DNA of 64,000 nt. It comes from Dudresnaya verticillata. Its lineage: Eukaryota. The position numbers and the translations under genes were made by a program. How positions within the stretch are numbered: position 1 is the first letter of the stretch; each line of letters begins with the position of its first letter. A model generated the notes under the pieces. That model was not told the DNA's origin. It saw only the letters and a program-made list of their open reading frames with translations, and did no database searches. The DNA is taken from positions 372,001 through 436,000 of the forward strand of contig OZ374560.1 of NCBI GenBank assembly GCA_977862235.1, given 5' to 3'. Positions 1 to 12,891 of this stretch are shown one piece after another.

Positions 1-104
1 CAGGCATTCAAGGAAGGTTTCTTCTATACATCCATCCACCAAGCTCCGCCACACGCACACCCAGTGCCGGAAGAGAAAAACTCAAGTTGGGGAAGAAGAA
101 GACA

Positions 105-971
105 CTACTGTTCTTTCGAAATGCCTTGTACGTTTCCTGAGTGAAATTCCACGTTCAAGCAAGTTGGTGACTGAGTTTTCACTCTCTTCGCTCTTCTCTC
201 CGTAACCACCCCATCAAACGTTCTAGATCGCTCTTCAGCTTCTATGTCCAGAAGCGAAATTGACGGAAACCCAGTCAAATGCCCAGCTTCAGATTCCTGG
301 TGCTCGACACCCGGCCTAAATGGGTCTCTGCGACTGAGACCATTACGTTCCATGCGTGGTGACCTTTCCGGCATGCAGTGTCGTTTGAACGCTTGCTTGG
401 AGCGTTGCTTGGGTGGAAACGTACAATCAGCAGGCTCCCACATCAGTTCATCTGACGATAGCCAAGGCAGTCTCTTCTCCACTTGTTCGGCACGAGGGCG
501 CTTACGGCCCTTAGAGAAGGAAGACGGGGTCGTCAGAGGTGTGGAGCGTTGTGTAGCTGACAAGCGCTTGTCGCTGTTGTTGTTGACCTGCGCAGCTCCA
601 ACATCTTGTCGAATTGTATTCGGTAGCGCCAAACGGCGCTTCACAGGTTTCGCACCAGGATGAGTATCTATCTGAGTCTCTTGAAGCTGGGTCTCCTGGA
701 GCGCGTCCAAATCCGCCCTTTGTTTGTCAGCATGTAAAGTTTCGGAAACTGCATAGCTCCAAAACTCTTCATCCAGGTTGTGTTCCTGAGCATCTCCATC
801 GTCATACCTAACTAAAAACCAGCCCGGCGCAGCAGTCTTAACACGACGAGTAATGGTGCCACGGTAGTGGCGCTCGTTCCCGTCCCACCACACATCGACG
901 CGGTCGCCGACTTGGGGTAGTCTCGGGGGTGGGGCGCGTAGGCATCGCGACGCGCGACGCGGTGGTATCAT
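105..971 (-). CDS. Putative host protein with N-terminal Tudor/Agenet-like domain and low-complexity basic C-terminus (~288 aa from first ATG, MIPPRR...)
   Basis: Uninterrupted ORF; segment PQVGDRVDVWWDGNERHYRGTIT...FLVRYDDGDAQEHNLDEEFW fits the Tudor-like pattern VGxRVxVxW...Y.G.I...V.YDDGD.E; ATG at 971-969. Confidence 0.6.
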   Translation of the reverse strand: MIPPRRASRCLRAPPPRLPQVGDRVDVWWDGNERHYRGTITRRVKTAAPGWFLVRYDDGDAQEHNLDEEFWSYAVSETLHADKQRADLDALQETQLQETQIDTHPGAKPVKRRLALPNTIRQDVGAAQVNNNSDKRLSATQRSTPLTTPSSFSKGRKRPRAEQVEKRLPWLSSDELMWEPADCTFPPKQRSKQAFKRHCMPERSPRMERNGLSRRDPFRPGVEHQESEAGHLTGFPSISLLDIEAEERSRTFDGVVTERRAKRVKTQSPTCLNVEFHSGNVQGISKEQ

Positions 972-2802
972 AGTGCGTGGCGGTGAGGTAGGGTTGAGGT
1001 GGAGGTGATGGCTAAACGCTGTGCTGTGGTGCGACACGAGTCGGTTGGTGGGGAGGTGGCAAGGGCACGACTGGGCCGTGCTGGCTCGCGTGCTGGCAGC
1101 TTTATACTCTCGCACATTCCGAGTCGCGGCAACCGACGAGATTTTCAGTTGCTGCGCGACTCCTCGGAGAGCCGCTCGACGGGCGACACGTGTCTGCGCG
1201 GGGCACCTTTCGCAGCGGGTGGAATTGCGCTTCCCCGTGGCCAATGAGGGCGGCGTTTTTCAGGTTTCAGGTCGGCTCAGGACCGTTTTCAGCACCTGTT
1301 GGGCGGCAGGTCCTGAAAAGCTCACATTGAAGTGCGGCAATTTGTAGTCGCGGTGGAGGGTGCCAACGCAGCATCCCGCCTGATTCTTGACTGAATTGCG
1401 CGAATCCAGGAATTTCAGGTGCGCGCGGATCAACACTTGGACCATCAGAAACCTTTTGGGTGGAGCATGGCATGATCCAGATGAACTCAGACACAAAATC
1501 CCATTCCTGATTCAGAGCATTCAACAATGCGCATAGAATGCAAATGTGTTGAAACCTGCCAGTACCGCAGGTGCATGTGCCACCGGCCGAGAGACCAGTG
1601 CTTGTCCTGAAAACAATCATTTCTACTCGCTTCGTGCTGGAAGGAAGCACTCAAAAGGATAATTCACAGAAATGATCCGCTGAAGTCAGTAGCAGGTAGA
1701 CGATGAAGACCAGCCGTAGCTCATACTTCCCTACACTAATACGGCAGGCAATAGCAACTATGGTGCGGCATCAAAGTCTCTCCCGGGTTGTTGGAAACAA
1801 ACCGAAAGAAATATGTTGACGAATTCATTGCTGTAGGCAATGAATACGGTTCAAGGGCATACTTAGTGACATGATATTTACTTTGGAGTGATTTTGTAAG
1901 CGGATCTGTACCTCTATTCGAGAAAAACAAAAACAGAACTTGCGCCGTTCTTGCAATGAAGATGCACAGCCTTAAGGGAAAATAACACAAGACGCCAAGA
2001 GAACAAGTCTCAGAATGGGCCAAAGGCTTTGACTCAAAGCCTATAAATCATTCCACAGCGGTGGCTTTGGCTGATGACAATACTTTTCTATTCTGATACT
2101 CTCTGCATTTCTGTTCCAGCTCTATTCCGATTGTAGTGTGTCCTGTGAGTGTCATAAATTCTTTCTTTAGATCATTCGAACCCACAGACTACTCCCTATT
2201 ACTACGATGGAAATGTTCTCCTCTAGATCATATTCTATACGTCATGCATACGAACGACCGTATGTATAGTCTCTTGCAGACATGCAGTGGCAAAAGGGGG
2301 AGCACCCTAGCGGGCATCGAGTGAGGGTGGGCTGGCCTGGGCATCAGTTGCTGTTGCGGGGTTTTGGAGCCTGCCGGAAGCATTGAAGGCGCGACTGAAG
2401 ACGGCAACACACTACTAGAAAGCATGTCAGCTAGCGAAAAGCTAAAACGCATCTCTGTAGCGGAAGGGATCCTTGCTGACTGCGAAGACAACCTGTCCTC
2501 GGTACATGTTGCTATAAGTCATGTTCAGCGATCATTTAAGCGACAAAGGACTGAGCAACTGTCGCAGACAACGATGTAACTTTTCTTTAGCGGGTAATAT
2601 AATTTTCCTAGCGTTTTGAAGCACTGCGCCATTGCATCCTCGATCTATTCCTCAACAGGATAAAGGAATATGAACCCGTCTACATTGTTTATTCCTATTT
2701 TGAGGATTCACTGTACTTCACAGAATGCAGCTCGTAACTGAGCTGAGCCCCTTGTCTTACCGTACCAACACGTACTAGAAGGGCACCGTCTAGTCAAGGT
2801 TT

Positions 2803-3062
2803 TGTTAGCGGTACTGTGTTCTGAATGAGTATCTTTTGCTGGTTGTGTTTTTCTTTTGGTCCTTGGGGACAGGCAAGCTCTTCTTTATGCACTACAGAAC
2901 AAAGCATCTCTCTCCTTAATTGTATCTATTGTATTACGGGAAGGTTCCTCTCCGCTACAAAAACTAAAATGCGCACTATGCTAAAGTGACAGCCAGCGAT
3001 GGCAGATGGTAAAGCAGTTCACGGCAGCGACGTGAGATTGCACTAATATTGAATCCCTGACA
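2803..3062 (-). repeat. Copia 3' LTR (260 bp)
   Basis: TG...CA ends; aligns with 62422-62706; preceded on the minus strand by purine tract GAGGGGGCG. Confidence 0.9.
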
Positions 3063-3109
3063 CGCCCCCTCAATCCAACTAACTTCCGTTAAGATATGGT
3101 TGTATGTAC
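3063..3109 (-). other. Copia polypurine tract and last few pol-like codons (...KLVGLRG)
   Basis: Minus strand reads ...ggaagttagttggattgagggggcg|TGTCAGGG, the usual Copia pol-end/PPT/LTR junction. Confidence 0.65.
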
Positions 3110-3806
3110 TGTGCTATAGACGCTGCTAGCAAATCGACTCCGTGGTCTACCTGAAAACAATCTACAAATACGATTTTCGAAGCGAGTCCATGATTGCGCG
3201 CGCCACGATGGCAATTACATTACCGTGCGCACCAGATACGAAATCGCCGACACCTCCGTGTTTTCCCGCTGTTTCCTGCGCGAACAGCTCCGAGGCCCAC
3301 GACGCAAGTGCACCTCCGTATGTACTGCTGGCGTACTCCGTAACCGCCACCATACGCGAGACGATCCGTTCGTTGGCTCCGAGGCCGTTACGAATTAACC
3401 TAGAACGAACCCTCTCCCGGATTGATGCGTATTCATGCTCGCGTAGTAGTACTTATCCAGTCTTCTAGCACGAGCTCCCAGGGATTCCGGTAAGCGACTA
3501 GCGCCTGGACCTCGGAATCTACAGTAAACACCTTTTTTCTTCCTGTTTCGGTGTCTTGGAGTTCGTGTTCGCGGATACGGTCGAGTCTCTCTTTCGGTGG
3601 CCCCATGCACCTGTAATCATCCTCGGAGGCCACTTGCTCTAGTTCTCCCTTCCGCACACGAATACGTTGCCACCGTGGTCCTTGCCGTCGGTCTCTCAGC
3701 CCTACCCCACTACCAACCTATTCGTATTTCTCTATATTCTCCCGTTTCCCTTACATCTTCGCGGCTTCTCCGCTGCACTGTGGATTACGTATGTTTTATA
3801 CCCATA
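3110..3806 (+). repeat. 5' LTR of old family-A Gypsy
   Basis: Starts TGTGCTATAG, homologous to 50416-51261, followed by degenerate PBS tggtttctcgaccgaga. Confidence 0.85.
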
Positions 3807-4241
3807 CTGGTTTCTCGACCGAGAACACGGTTGCAAAGTTTCGCATATTCGTATTCGTACAATTCGTTGTTATCGGAGACAGAATCTCTCCCGTTCCGAA
3901 TTATCCCGATTGGCCAGTTCCAAAACCCGATAACGTACCGATTCCGAGGCTCCCGTTGTTCGAATCGAACTCGAGTGACCGAGAACCATTTTCTCGTGCC
4001 CGCGCTTCACGTATGATGGAAACCGGTCTTCGCGCGGACTCGAGTTCGCAGGCTCATGGTAGCAACTCCGACCTTTCGTCTACGTACATTCCGTTGGAAA
4101 TCGTTTCCTCTGATACCGTCGATCGAGTCTTCTCAATGAAGGAAGTCTCCGGTCTAGAGCTACGTCTACTCTATGAAGAGGTTTTCGACGCGCTGTCCAT
4201 TGCGTACCGTATCACGCAGTTTTGAATTCGTAATACGCATG

Positions 4242-4262
4242 TGTGGTTGTACAGTGGCCACA
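4242..4262. mobile_element. 21-bp TGTGG...CCACA insertion, probable collapsed LTR remnant
   Basis: Absent from the homologous position of the young copy (near 51688); flanked by gcatg/gcata; ends match the LTR termini seen in this window. Confidence 0.6.
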
Positions 4263-4313
4263 GCATAATCGAGTTCGCGCAGAGTTGGACAATCTCTGTG
4301 CTGGCAAGATCCG

Positions 4314-4963
4314 TGTGGAAGAATGAGCCGCTGCAGAGTGCCCGCGCACTGTAAGTCAGGTGTGCGTATCAAGGTGTGAGACATACGCGCGCATCAAGCT
4401 GTAAGGCGCGCACAAGCGCCGTGCGCTGTAAGGACAATGCGCCCTGCTGGCGTCCCTTCTGGCATCACATTTGATGGCGAATTGCCATTGGGTAATTTAT
4501 TGTGGCCGCTAACGCGGCCCGACGCGGTACTACCACTAATCCGTATTTATAACTGACAACAGTACTATTAGATCAATAATTACAGCTAGAATAGCGTAGC
4601 ATAGCTAATAGGAGGTAGGAGCATTTTCGGTTCTTGTACTTAATAGACCCCTGAGTAGCAGGGGCCTCCTGAATAGAACCCTACGGTGGGTTTGGGTCTT
4701 TTGCCCTTTTTCTGGAATTCACGGACTCGCCGTACCCTTCTCCCTTTCAGGCGCTCTACGAGCCTTGTCTCCGGACGACGGAAGCTCTGTGCGAGCTGGG
4801 TAGCGCCGCCCTTCCTTTTCCCCTTTTCCCTAGGCTTTGGGGCCTTTTTGCCCAAGTCTCTACCAACTCCCCTTTCCCCCCGAGCTACCAAAGCTAGTGT
4901 TGTCCACAGGACAGGTGTCCTGGTTTTTTCGGTTCTACCTTACCCCGTGGTCATTCTACTGCA
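4314..4963. mobile_element. Solo LTR, family B (650 bp)
   Basis: TG...CA; homologous to 49767-50410; interrupts gag; degenerate TSD atccg/gttcg. Confidence 0.85.
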
Positions 4964-5171
4964 GTTCGCAGGATCGAAGACTCACTCGAGAGTCTCCGGG
5001 ATCTCGTCTCGGGAGTCAGCAACCGTTTCCTCATGCTCTTGCACTGCGCAACCGCCCCCGTGGGCAAGGCGAGCCACTCGCTTTCCGTTCGCAGCTCGCA
5101 CCGGTTTTCGGAGGACCAGTTCAACGGTATTCGTGACATCGTGTCCGCGGCGTTACCTAAGGAAAAGACTC

Positions 5172-5953
5172 TGTGGTATAGACGTCGGATCGATCCGACG
5201 TCTGATACTTGCTGGTCCGAAGCCGTCACACAGACCTGTCGATGGGTAGCTGTTATGTGGTAGCGCGGTGTCGGCCGCGTGCGCCCCGTGGGTGCGGATC
5301 GACGGCGTCGATGCCGGAGCGCGCACGGGGCGTACCGTACGCCGGTAAGCAGCCGCCGGATCCCAGCGTCCCTGTCGAAGGGCGGCATGAAGCCGACGGA
5401 AAATAGAAGGAAAAGGAAAAGCCTAGCGAGGCAAGCGGAAAAGGAGAACCGCCCGCTGTCGTAGAGTAGAAGGGATCGAAGCCGAAGAGGATGGAGGCAA
5501 GCTTCAGTGCGAGCTGTTGCTTGCCCGGTTTACTGAGCCGTCGATGGCAGACGGCCTTGTATACTCTACACTATGTACACTACGGCTACTCTACAGTGGG
5601 GTACGCCATGCAACACAAACGCGGGAGGTGTGCGTGCGCGCGCCCATACACGTATCTACACGCCCGGATAACGGCTACCCATGGGCGCGCGCGGGGCGTA
5701 ACGGGCAGCGGCCCTCTCCACGGCTCGATGCCGGAGAGCGCCTGGGCTGGGCGCTGGGGCGCGCCGTGTGCGGCACGGCGGGCGGCCGCTGCTAACAGTA
5801 AGGCGATCGACCGCCGCTAGAATCAACGAAAAACCTAAAGGCACGCTGCCCAACCACGACTTGCCAGCTAGGCGTCGTCGGGTGTACCATTGCAGTGCGT
5901 AGCTGCGCACCCCTTGCAGCCGCTGCTGATGGGGTGCTGGCAGCTATACTACA
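5172..5953 (-). mobile_element. Solo LTR, family D (782 bp)
   Basis: TGTGGTATAG...CTATACTACA; perfect TSD GACTC (5167-5171, 5954-5958); homologous to the PBS-adjacent LTR at 45986-46554, which gives the orientation. Confidence 0.92.
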
Positions 5954-6109
5954 GACTCGAGGTCGCGAAGATCGTCCAGATGTCCATCCTGACCCCCTCA
6001 ATTCGCCGCAAGTTCAACCAATGCAAGGCCCGGGTGTCCAATCTACGTTACCGAAAATACGTACCCGAATCGATTTCTTCGTTCTACCACTTCGTATCCG
6101 GGAACCTAT

Positions 6110-6941
6110 TGTGGCATAGACGTCAGGTCGAACTGACGTCTAGCTGCGCTGGTCGATCAGTCACAATCAGACCCGTCGAAGGGTGGTAGCTGTGGTGGTA
6201 GAGCGGCGGTGTCGGCCGCGCGCGCCGTCGACGGTCGCGGATCAACGGCGTCGAAGCCTGAGCGCGCACGGGGCGTACCGTACGCGGGCGGCAGCGGCCG
6301 GATCCCTGCGTCCCTATCGTGGGGCGGTACGAAGCCGACGGTAGGGAAAGGAAAAGGAAAGCCTAGGCGGCTAGGGAAAGAGGGAAGCCGTAGGGCGAAG
6401 GACTGGGAAAGAAACCCAAAGCAGAAAGGGCAAGCCTGGCGTAGGCTGGCTTGCCTGGTTTATTGAAGCCCAGAGGGGCGACTACTAGATATACTACAGG
6501 GCCTGCGGCGGCACCAACCCGGGAGGTGCGCCGGCGCGCCCCAACACTCGTCGACGCGTATGGGTAACGGTAACCCGGGGGCGCGCGTGGGCGAAACGGT
6601 CCACACGTACTCAACGGCTCGACGCCGGAGTGCGCGCGCTCGTGTCACGCACTCAACCGCTCTGCGCCAGAGTAGGTGCGCACAGCGCGCAGGACAGCAG
6701 GGCGTTCGACCGCCGCTTACACTAGACGGTGCTGTACACTACAAAACAATAAACATAGAAATTGCATGGGAGTTTCAGTGTCACACGCGTACGCGTGCAC
6801 ACGCGGGCGCCGCTGCGCACTTCCTTACAGTTCAGCGGGGCTTCGGCGCCACCGGCTGACAGCGTGCGCACAGCAGTGCACACGTGGCGCAGCTGGTCTT
6901 ACAGCCGTGCGTGGCACAGCTTGTCTTACAGCTATGCCACA
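6110..6941 (-). mobile_element. Solo LTR, family C (832 bp)
   Basis: TGTGGCATAG...CTATGCCACA 10-bp terminal IR; perfect TSD CCTAT; inverted homolog at 16397-17194; orientation inferred from similarity to family D. Confidence 0.92.
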
Positions 6942-8634
6942 CCTATGCCTCCGACAATCCCTGTATCAACCCCGCAGTCTTCCGAGACTCGTTTCAACCA
7001 CCGATGTCCCCCGCAGGACCCGTAACCGGAATTCCTTTATCGTTCGCGGGGATCTGTGTCATCGTTCTGGCACTAGGAATCGCTCGAGACGGGCGTCGAG
7101 CCGATTCCGACACTCATTCCCGATTTCGTGTGGGCCGTGAGTTATCGATCGTATCGACTTACGAATTCGTCACCTCGAGATAACCAACACGAAGTATTCC
7201 GAGATAACACGTCGAAGACCGTTTCACGTATGCGTTCGATGATGCCAAGACTCGAGAAATTCACGGGACGTGATCCGAATAAGCTTCTCGCATTTCTCCG
7301 TGATATTCGTCAATCGTTGAACGGAGTCGGGCTCACCGAATCAAGAGCAGTCCGAACGATCTCGTGGTTCCTCGACGAGACCGCGCTCAAGGTTTGTCAA
7401 CACTATGCCTTCGGAGGCGTTCGTACTGGCAACCAGGCTTGCTGGTCCGCAATAGTGAACGTATTGCTACAATTATTTCTAACCGAAGGCATAATCGCTG
7501 ACGCACACGACCGCGTGATTACCGCGAAGCAGAAGTCGGACGAAACCGAAATGGAATTCGCAACTCGTTTACAAGGCTACGCAGATGTCTGCTCCGGTGT
7601 CTACGATGACTCTTCGTTAACGCCTCCGCTTATTCGTGGGTTGCTACCAACTACTTTTCCCATCGTGGCCGACTAGGTGCGCCAATTACCGCTGCCCGAA
7701 CAGAAGCACGTCATGAGCGAGCAACGAATCGCGCAAGCCGAAGGCACGATATTCCGAGCTCGTGAACAACGTGACGCCGCGGCCCAACAATTTCATGATT
7801 CGAAGAACCCATTGTCTGCTACGTAACCGAAGAGTTGTCAATCGCCTGGATGTACGATGATTATCGAAGCTTTCGATATTCCCGGGAGTAAATTCGAGTA
7901 CCCGATGAACTAAGACCCCAAATGGCCTTGATGATGATTCGTTCAGGACCCGGGTCCACATCCGCTACACAGATTACTTCTACAACGGTCTTTGTCGACG
8001 ATACGTTGGATCTCACGAGTCTCGTTGAGCGTTTCTTACCCGCGCGTGTCCCAACGATTACCCCGGAGCAAATCTAGATGGCGCGTTCGATGATCCCGAA
8101 GAATCAGGATGCGTAGCCCTGTTTTTATGCCTCTAATTCAGTGACCTGATGTATTCGTGTCGGTATCTCACGAAGTAGAAACAACTCTACTGCACGTATC
8201 GGATCTATCTCTATCAACTCGAGACGAGACCGTATACGCGTAATAACTTCGTGAATCGCGGTGCTGCAAGAGGGAATTCGTTCGCGTCCATTGAAAATCG
8301 AGGTCACTGTGGACAGGACGCCCGAGTATTGCGTGACAATCGTGTAAATCGAGACCTTATTCAAGGCGATACGCGCCACCCGAGGGGCCGAGCCCAGATT
8401 CAAGTCAGCTTCGAGCTTCGAGGACCACCAACCGTCCTCCGCAATCCAAGACACGCGCAGGCCCAGGACCGCCAACTGAATCTCGCAGCCCGTGAAAACA
8501 TTGACAAGATTGAGCCGAGTCATCCGAAGCTTCGCTCAGAGGCTTACGAAGAATCCTTGAATAACGGAAGAGGTGCTGGGGTCGCCCACACCCTTGGACG
8601 CGGATCCCCGTACCACGGATTTTAGCTCGAGTTT

Positions 8635-11600
8635 GGAAAACGAGTGAAGGCGAAGACGCCCATTGTATCACGTACTTCGTCTAATTCCGTTCCCAAGACA
8701 CTCCGCGTATTACGATTCCGAAAGCCGCTGCGATGCGAAAGAAGCGCGCTAGGCGACGACGAGACCGAAAGGGACGCCGAGTCCTCGCGAAAGCCGCTTC
8801 GTCCGAAAACAATTCGAAGAAGATACCGATTCCGAAGATCGAACTCGCAGTTACCACCGAGAGATACATTTGCTTGACGACATCGCGGATCTGTCTCGTG
8901 ACCGGATCCATAGGCCTCGATGCCTCCGTAATGACGCCCCATACGATTGCAGTCGATACGTGTTCCGGTTACAATCTCATAGCCCGGATTTCGGTACCCA
9001 TCGGTTGGGAAGCGAACGCGTCCACGATGGAATCAGTTCCGAGGCTTGCGTCCGCTGATCGCACCCCACTACGACTCGATGGTATCGTTTACCTGACAGT
9101 CCGCCTCGGTAACGTCCGTTACCGCGTACCATTCGTGGTTGCGGAAAACTCGCTGTCGATTTTCTCCTTGTAACTTTGTGGATGGACGCGCATTTACGAA
9201 ACATCGAGCTCAGCCCACGGAGGCTCATCACGAAGCGTGGAAGCACGATTCCGAACACCAATCGTATGGCTGGATCGGTTCCGCCTGTTATCAATTCGAA
9301 AAATCCGAAACCGAAATTCGAGGAAACGCTATCGAAGCGACACCAACGCGAGCTGCACTATTGTGACCGAGACACCGACACCATTCGTATTAACCGCCGA
9401 GTCACTATCCCGAGCTATTAGAAGAAGCTAGTCACAGTGCCCTCGGAAGCAATGCGGCTAATACACATCGAACCGAAACCTTCGTTACAACTTCGACACG
9501 AAATGCGGTTAACGAACGGGATATACGATGGCAGTCCGAATCGCGAGTTCACGGTGTTAATTGCGAACCTCACGGATAAGCCTCCAGCCTTACCGAAGGG
9601 AACCGTCATCGGATACGTAGCTCGAAACCCGCTCGCGTTTTTGAGGCGCGATCGCTAAGTCGCGGATTCGCTTTCCAAGGTGCTGAACATCTCCACGCTA
9701 CGCGAGCAGGACGACTCTAGGTCACCAGAAGAATCCGTATCCACAAAGGAAAAACCGTTCAAGAAAGTCGCCGCGACCACGGCGGCCGAAGCCAATTCGA
9801 GTTCCCGCGATTGGGAAGAACTCGTAGACCTTTCGAATATACCCGACGAAACTACGCGAAACGAGGTCCTCGAGATGCGTCGAAATCACGAATCGATGTG
9901 GAACGGAGACCTCGGAACAATCGAAGCAATGGAGAATCGAATCAATCTACAACTCGTAAATCGGCCTATTCGTTCGAGGTCCTAGCTTCAAGGGCCCGCA
10001 ATACGTCAAATCCTCCGTAACGAAATCGACAGTATGCTCACGGCGTAATCGAACGGCGTAATCGAACCAGCTCCCTCGGATTGGGCGTTTCTCATAGTAC
10101 TCGCACCGAAGAAATACATAACATTTCGTTTTTGCGCGGTTTACCGAAGACTCAATATGAAGACACTAACGGAAGCGTACCCGCTTCACCGGATGGAAGA
10201 TTGTATCGATTTCCTCGGAGGCGCTTCGATTTTCTCGACACTCGATTGCAACAGCGGATATTGGCAGATTCCGGTTGCCCTCGAAGACCGCGATGAGACT
10301 ACGTTTACTTCGTTTCTCGGAACTTAACTTTATCTACGTATGCCCTTCGGTTTGAAAAATGCACCCCCGCTACGTTTCAACGCGCACTCGATACCATTTT
10401 ATCCGGAGTTCGCTGGCAATCTTGCCTCGTCTACCTCGATGACGTAATCATTTTCTCCGCGAATATTCATGAACACATCGCGCATCTCGATCAAGTCCTC
10501 ACGCTACTTCACAACGCCGGCGTTTCGCTCAAGATGAAGAAGTGCTTCCACTAACGAGTCGACCACCTCGGACACGTAATTTCCCCGGGGAAGCTGAGTA
10601 TGCCCAAGAAGAGCTTGGAGGCATTCGCGAAGTTCTCGAAGACACTCATCCACGTCTATTCATTCCTCGGCGCGTGTAACGTATATCGACGATTGGTGAA
10701 AGACCTCGCAAAAATTGCACGACCGCTGACGAACATGACACGAAAGGACGCGGATCCTGATTACTAGAATCCCACGGAGGAACAATTTACCGCATTCGAA
10801 ACGCTCAAACGGAAGTTTGTGTCGCCGCCGATCCTCCATCTACCGAAACTCGGGAAAAGTTACATCATCGATATCGACGTATCTTCGTATCAACTCTGAT
10901 GCGCGTTGCTACAGGATCAAGATAACGAAAAATTCCAGCCCGTGGGATACTGGTCTTATTCGTTAAACGATGTCGAAAAAAACTACTCCGCAACCGAACG
11001 CTAATGCTACGCAGTCGTATGGACTGTTACTTCGTTGCTTCCGTATATCGAAGAGACCCGGTTCACCGTACGTACGGACCACGATGTGCTCCGATGGCTT
11101 CTTTTCTCTTACCGATTCGTCCGGGCTACTCACACGATGGAGGCTGCGATTAGATGAATTCGATTTCGAAATCGTATATCGCCCCGGACGCGTGCATCAG
11201 ATCCCCGATGCCCTCTCGAGGTTGCTGCAACGGCATCGCGAACAACCCGACATCGATGACGAAATTCCTTTGCCTCGGATCAACTCGCAGCAAAGAACGA
11301 AGAAAGTTTCTGAAACGAGATCAAGAAAACGATCGAAAACGAACGAGAACCGGTTCTCATTACTACGCGATCTATCAAACGTCATTCGAAGGTCACTGCG
11401 ATTCGCCACGACTCCACGCAGACGACTACGCCCGCAAAACGGATAATTAGAACAGGAACTACACAAAGACCCACGGAGGCCACGAAAGGCTACGAAGCCC
11501 ACCATCATAACTTCCACGAAGGCCGCTCACACGCACACGAAGAAGCACTACGAGACCAGTACGAAGGACAAACCGATGTTTACGATGACTGCGATTCATG

Positions 11601-12889
11601 GGACGATATCGATGATGACGATCTGTTTGACATTTGTCGAATCGGTCCGAGCGAAGAACCGAGTTATCTAACCGACGTCAAACCCGTAGACATACCCACA
11701 CCGATTACCGTATCCCAAATCCTCGAGGGGTAATGTATAAATCTATTCTGCCAAACTGTGCAAGCACGACAATCGAAAACGAAGGATAGTCTCTTTCACG
11801 AAGATGGAGACGGTCTCCTGCGACGAGCGCATCCGACAATTCCGAAGTTAACGCAAATCGTATTGCCCGAAACGCTCCGACCCCGGTTACTTACGCTGGA
11901 GCATCATTCGTTACTAGCTGGCCACCCCGGTCACAATCTCATGTTCTACTCACTTCGGGAAACGTATTACTGGCCTTACATGGCTGCCGATATCGCATCC
12001 ACGGTTCGAAATTGCAAGCACTGCGCGAGACATCGAATTCGTTTACGATGAAACCTCCATCGATTGAAGCTCTTCCCCGCTACACTCCCCCTCGAATCGG
12101 TCGCGATTGACATCTTAGGTCCGTTTTCACGAACGAAATTCGGACGTAAGGTCATACTCGTGATTATGGATCGATTTACAGGTGGCCACACTACGAGTCA
12201 TAACCGCCTATCACGTCTCAGTCGCGTTTTGCGAAGTTTGAATCTTCAAGTACGGTAGTTTACTTCGAAGTTCTTTCAGGGCGTCTGCCGACTACTCGGG
12301 TTATCGAACGTGTTCACCTCCACGTATCATCCGCAAACGAATGGACAAACCAAGCGATATAACGGAACTATCCTCGCAATGCTTCGTAACTACGTTAACG
12401 ACCACCAAAACGACTGAGACCGATATGTCTCCGTGTTAACGTATTCGTACAATTGCCACGTGTATCGGTCTACGGAGACAACTCCGTTCAACCTCGTTTT
12501 GTCGCGACCGCCACCCGAATTCACCATTAAACATCGCTCTCGGAAGCACCGCCCGACACCTACGGAGGACATTTGCAACGATTTTATTAAGCGACTCGAT
12601 GTCGCTATAGAATCCGCACGAACTTCGTTACAACATGTGCAAAACCTGTACAAACGCGATTTCGATAAGCGCATCCGAAGAACGAATAGTCGCGTGGAAT
12701 CTGTAGACTACGTATTTTTCGACATCCACAACAGGAAAAAGAAACTAGAGAAGTTTAAATCCCCGCGGAGGGGCCGTATAACGTGCTCTTCAGCGATACG
12801 CTAACACTTTTTATCGATCGCAATGGTCCCGTTGAACGTGTCTCCGCGGACCGCTGCATCTACGTGCTACGGCCTATGAATTCGCGACC
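8635..12889 (+). pseudogene. pol: pol (PR-RT-RH-INT) of old family-A Gypsy
   Basis: ORF fragments 8733-9173 (protease), 9680-9985, 11758-12051 (integrase Zn finger), 12433-12804; Gypsy domain order. Confidence 0.92.
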
Positions 12890-12891
12890 AA

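Larger units (their letters stand above)
3870..8645 (+). pseudogene. gag: gag of old family-A Gypsy, split by insertions
   Basis: Fragments (e.g. ORFs 3791-4225, 7128-7676) match the 617-aa Gag ORF at 51333-53186. Confidence 0.85.
3110..12889 (+). mobile_element. Degenerate Ty3/Gypsy element (family A, old copy), 3'-truncated within the integrase C-terminus, with four nested insertions in gag
   Basis: LTR, PBS, gag, protease (IAVDTCSGYN), RT (CLVYLDD), RNase H, integrase (GHPG, CKHC, HPQTNGQ); colinear with 50416-61997 but has many stops and frameshifts. Confidence 0.93.

Noticed and set aside
972..1244. N-terminal extension of the 379-aa ORF
   Set aside because: Starts at GTG with low-information sequence; the first ATG at 971 just before the Tudor-like domain is more plausible in a eukaryote
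2364..2579. Short ORF loosely resembling a pogo/Tigger transposase C-terminal tail
   Set aside because: No DDE core or TIRs visible; resemblance too weak to call
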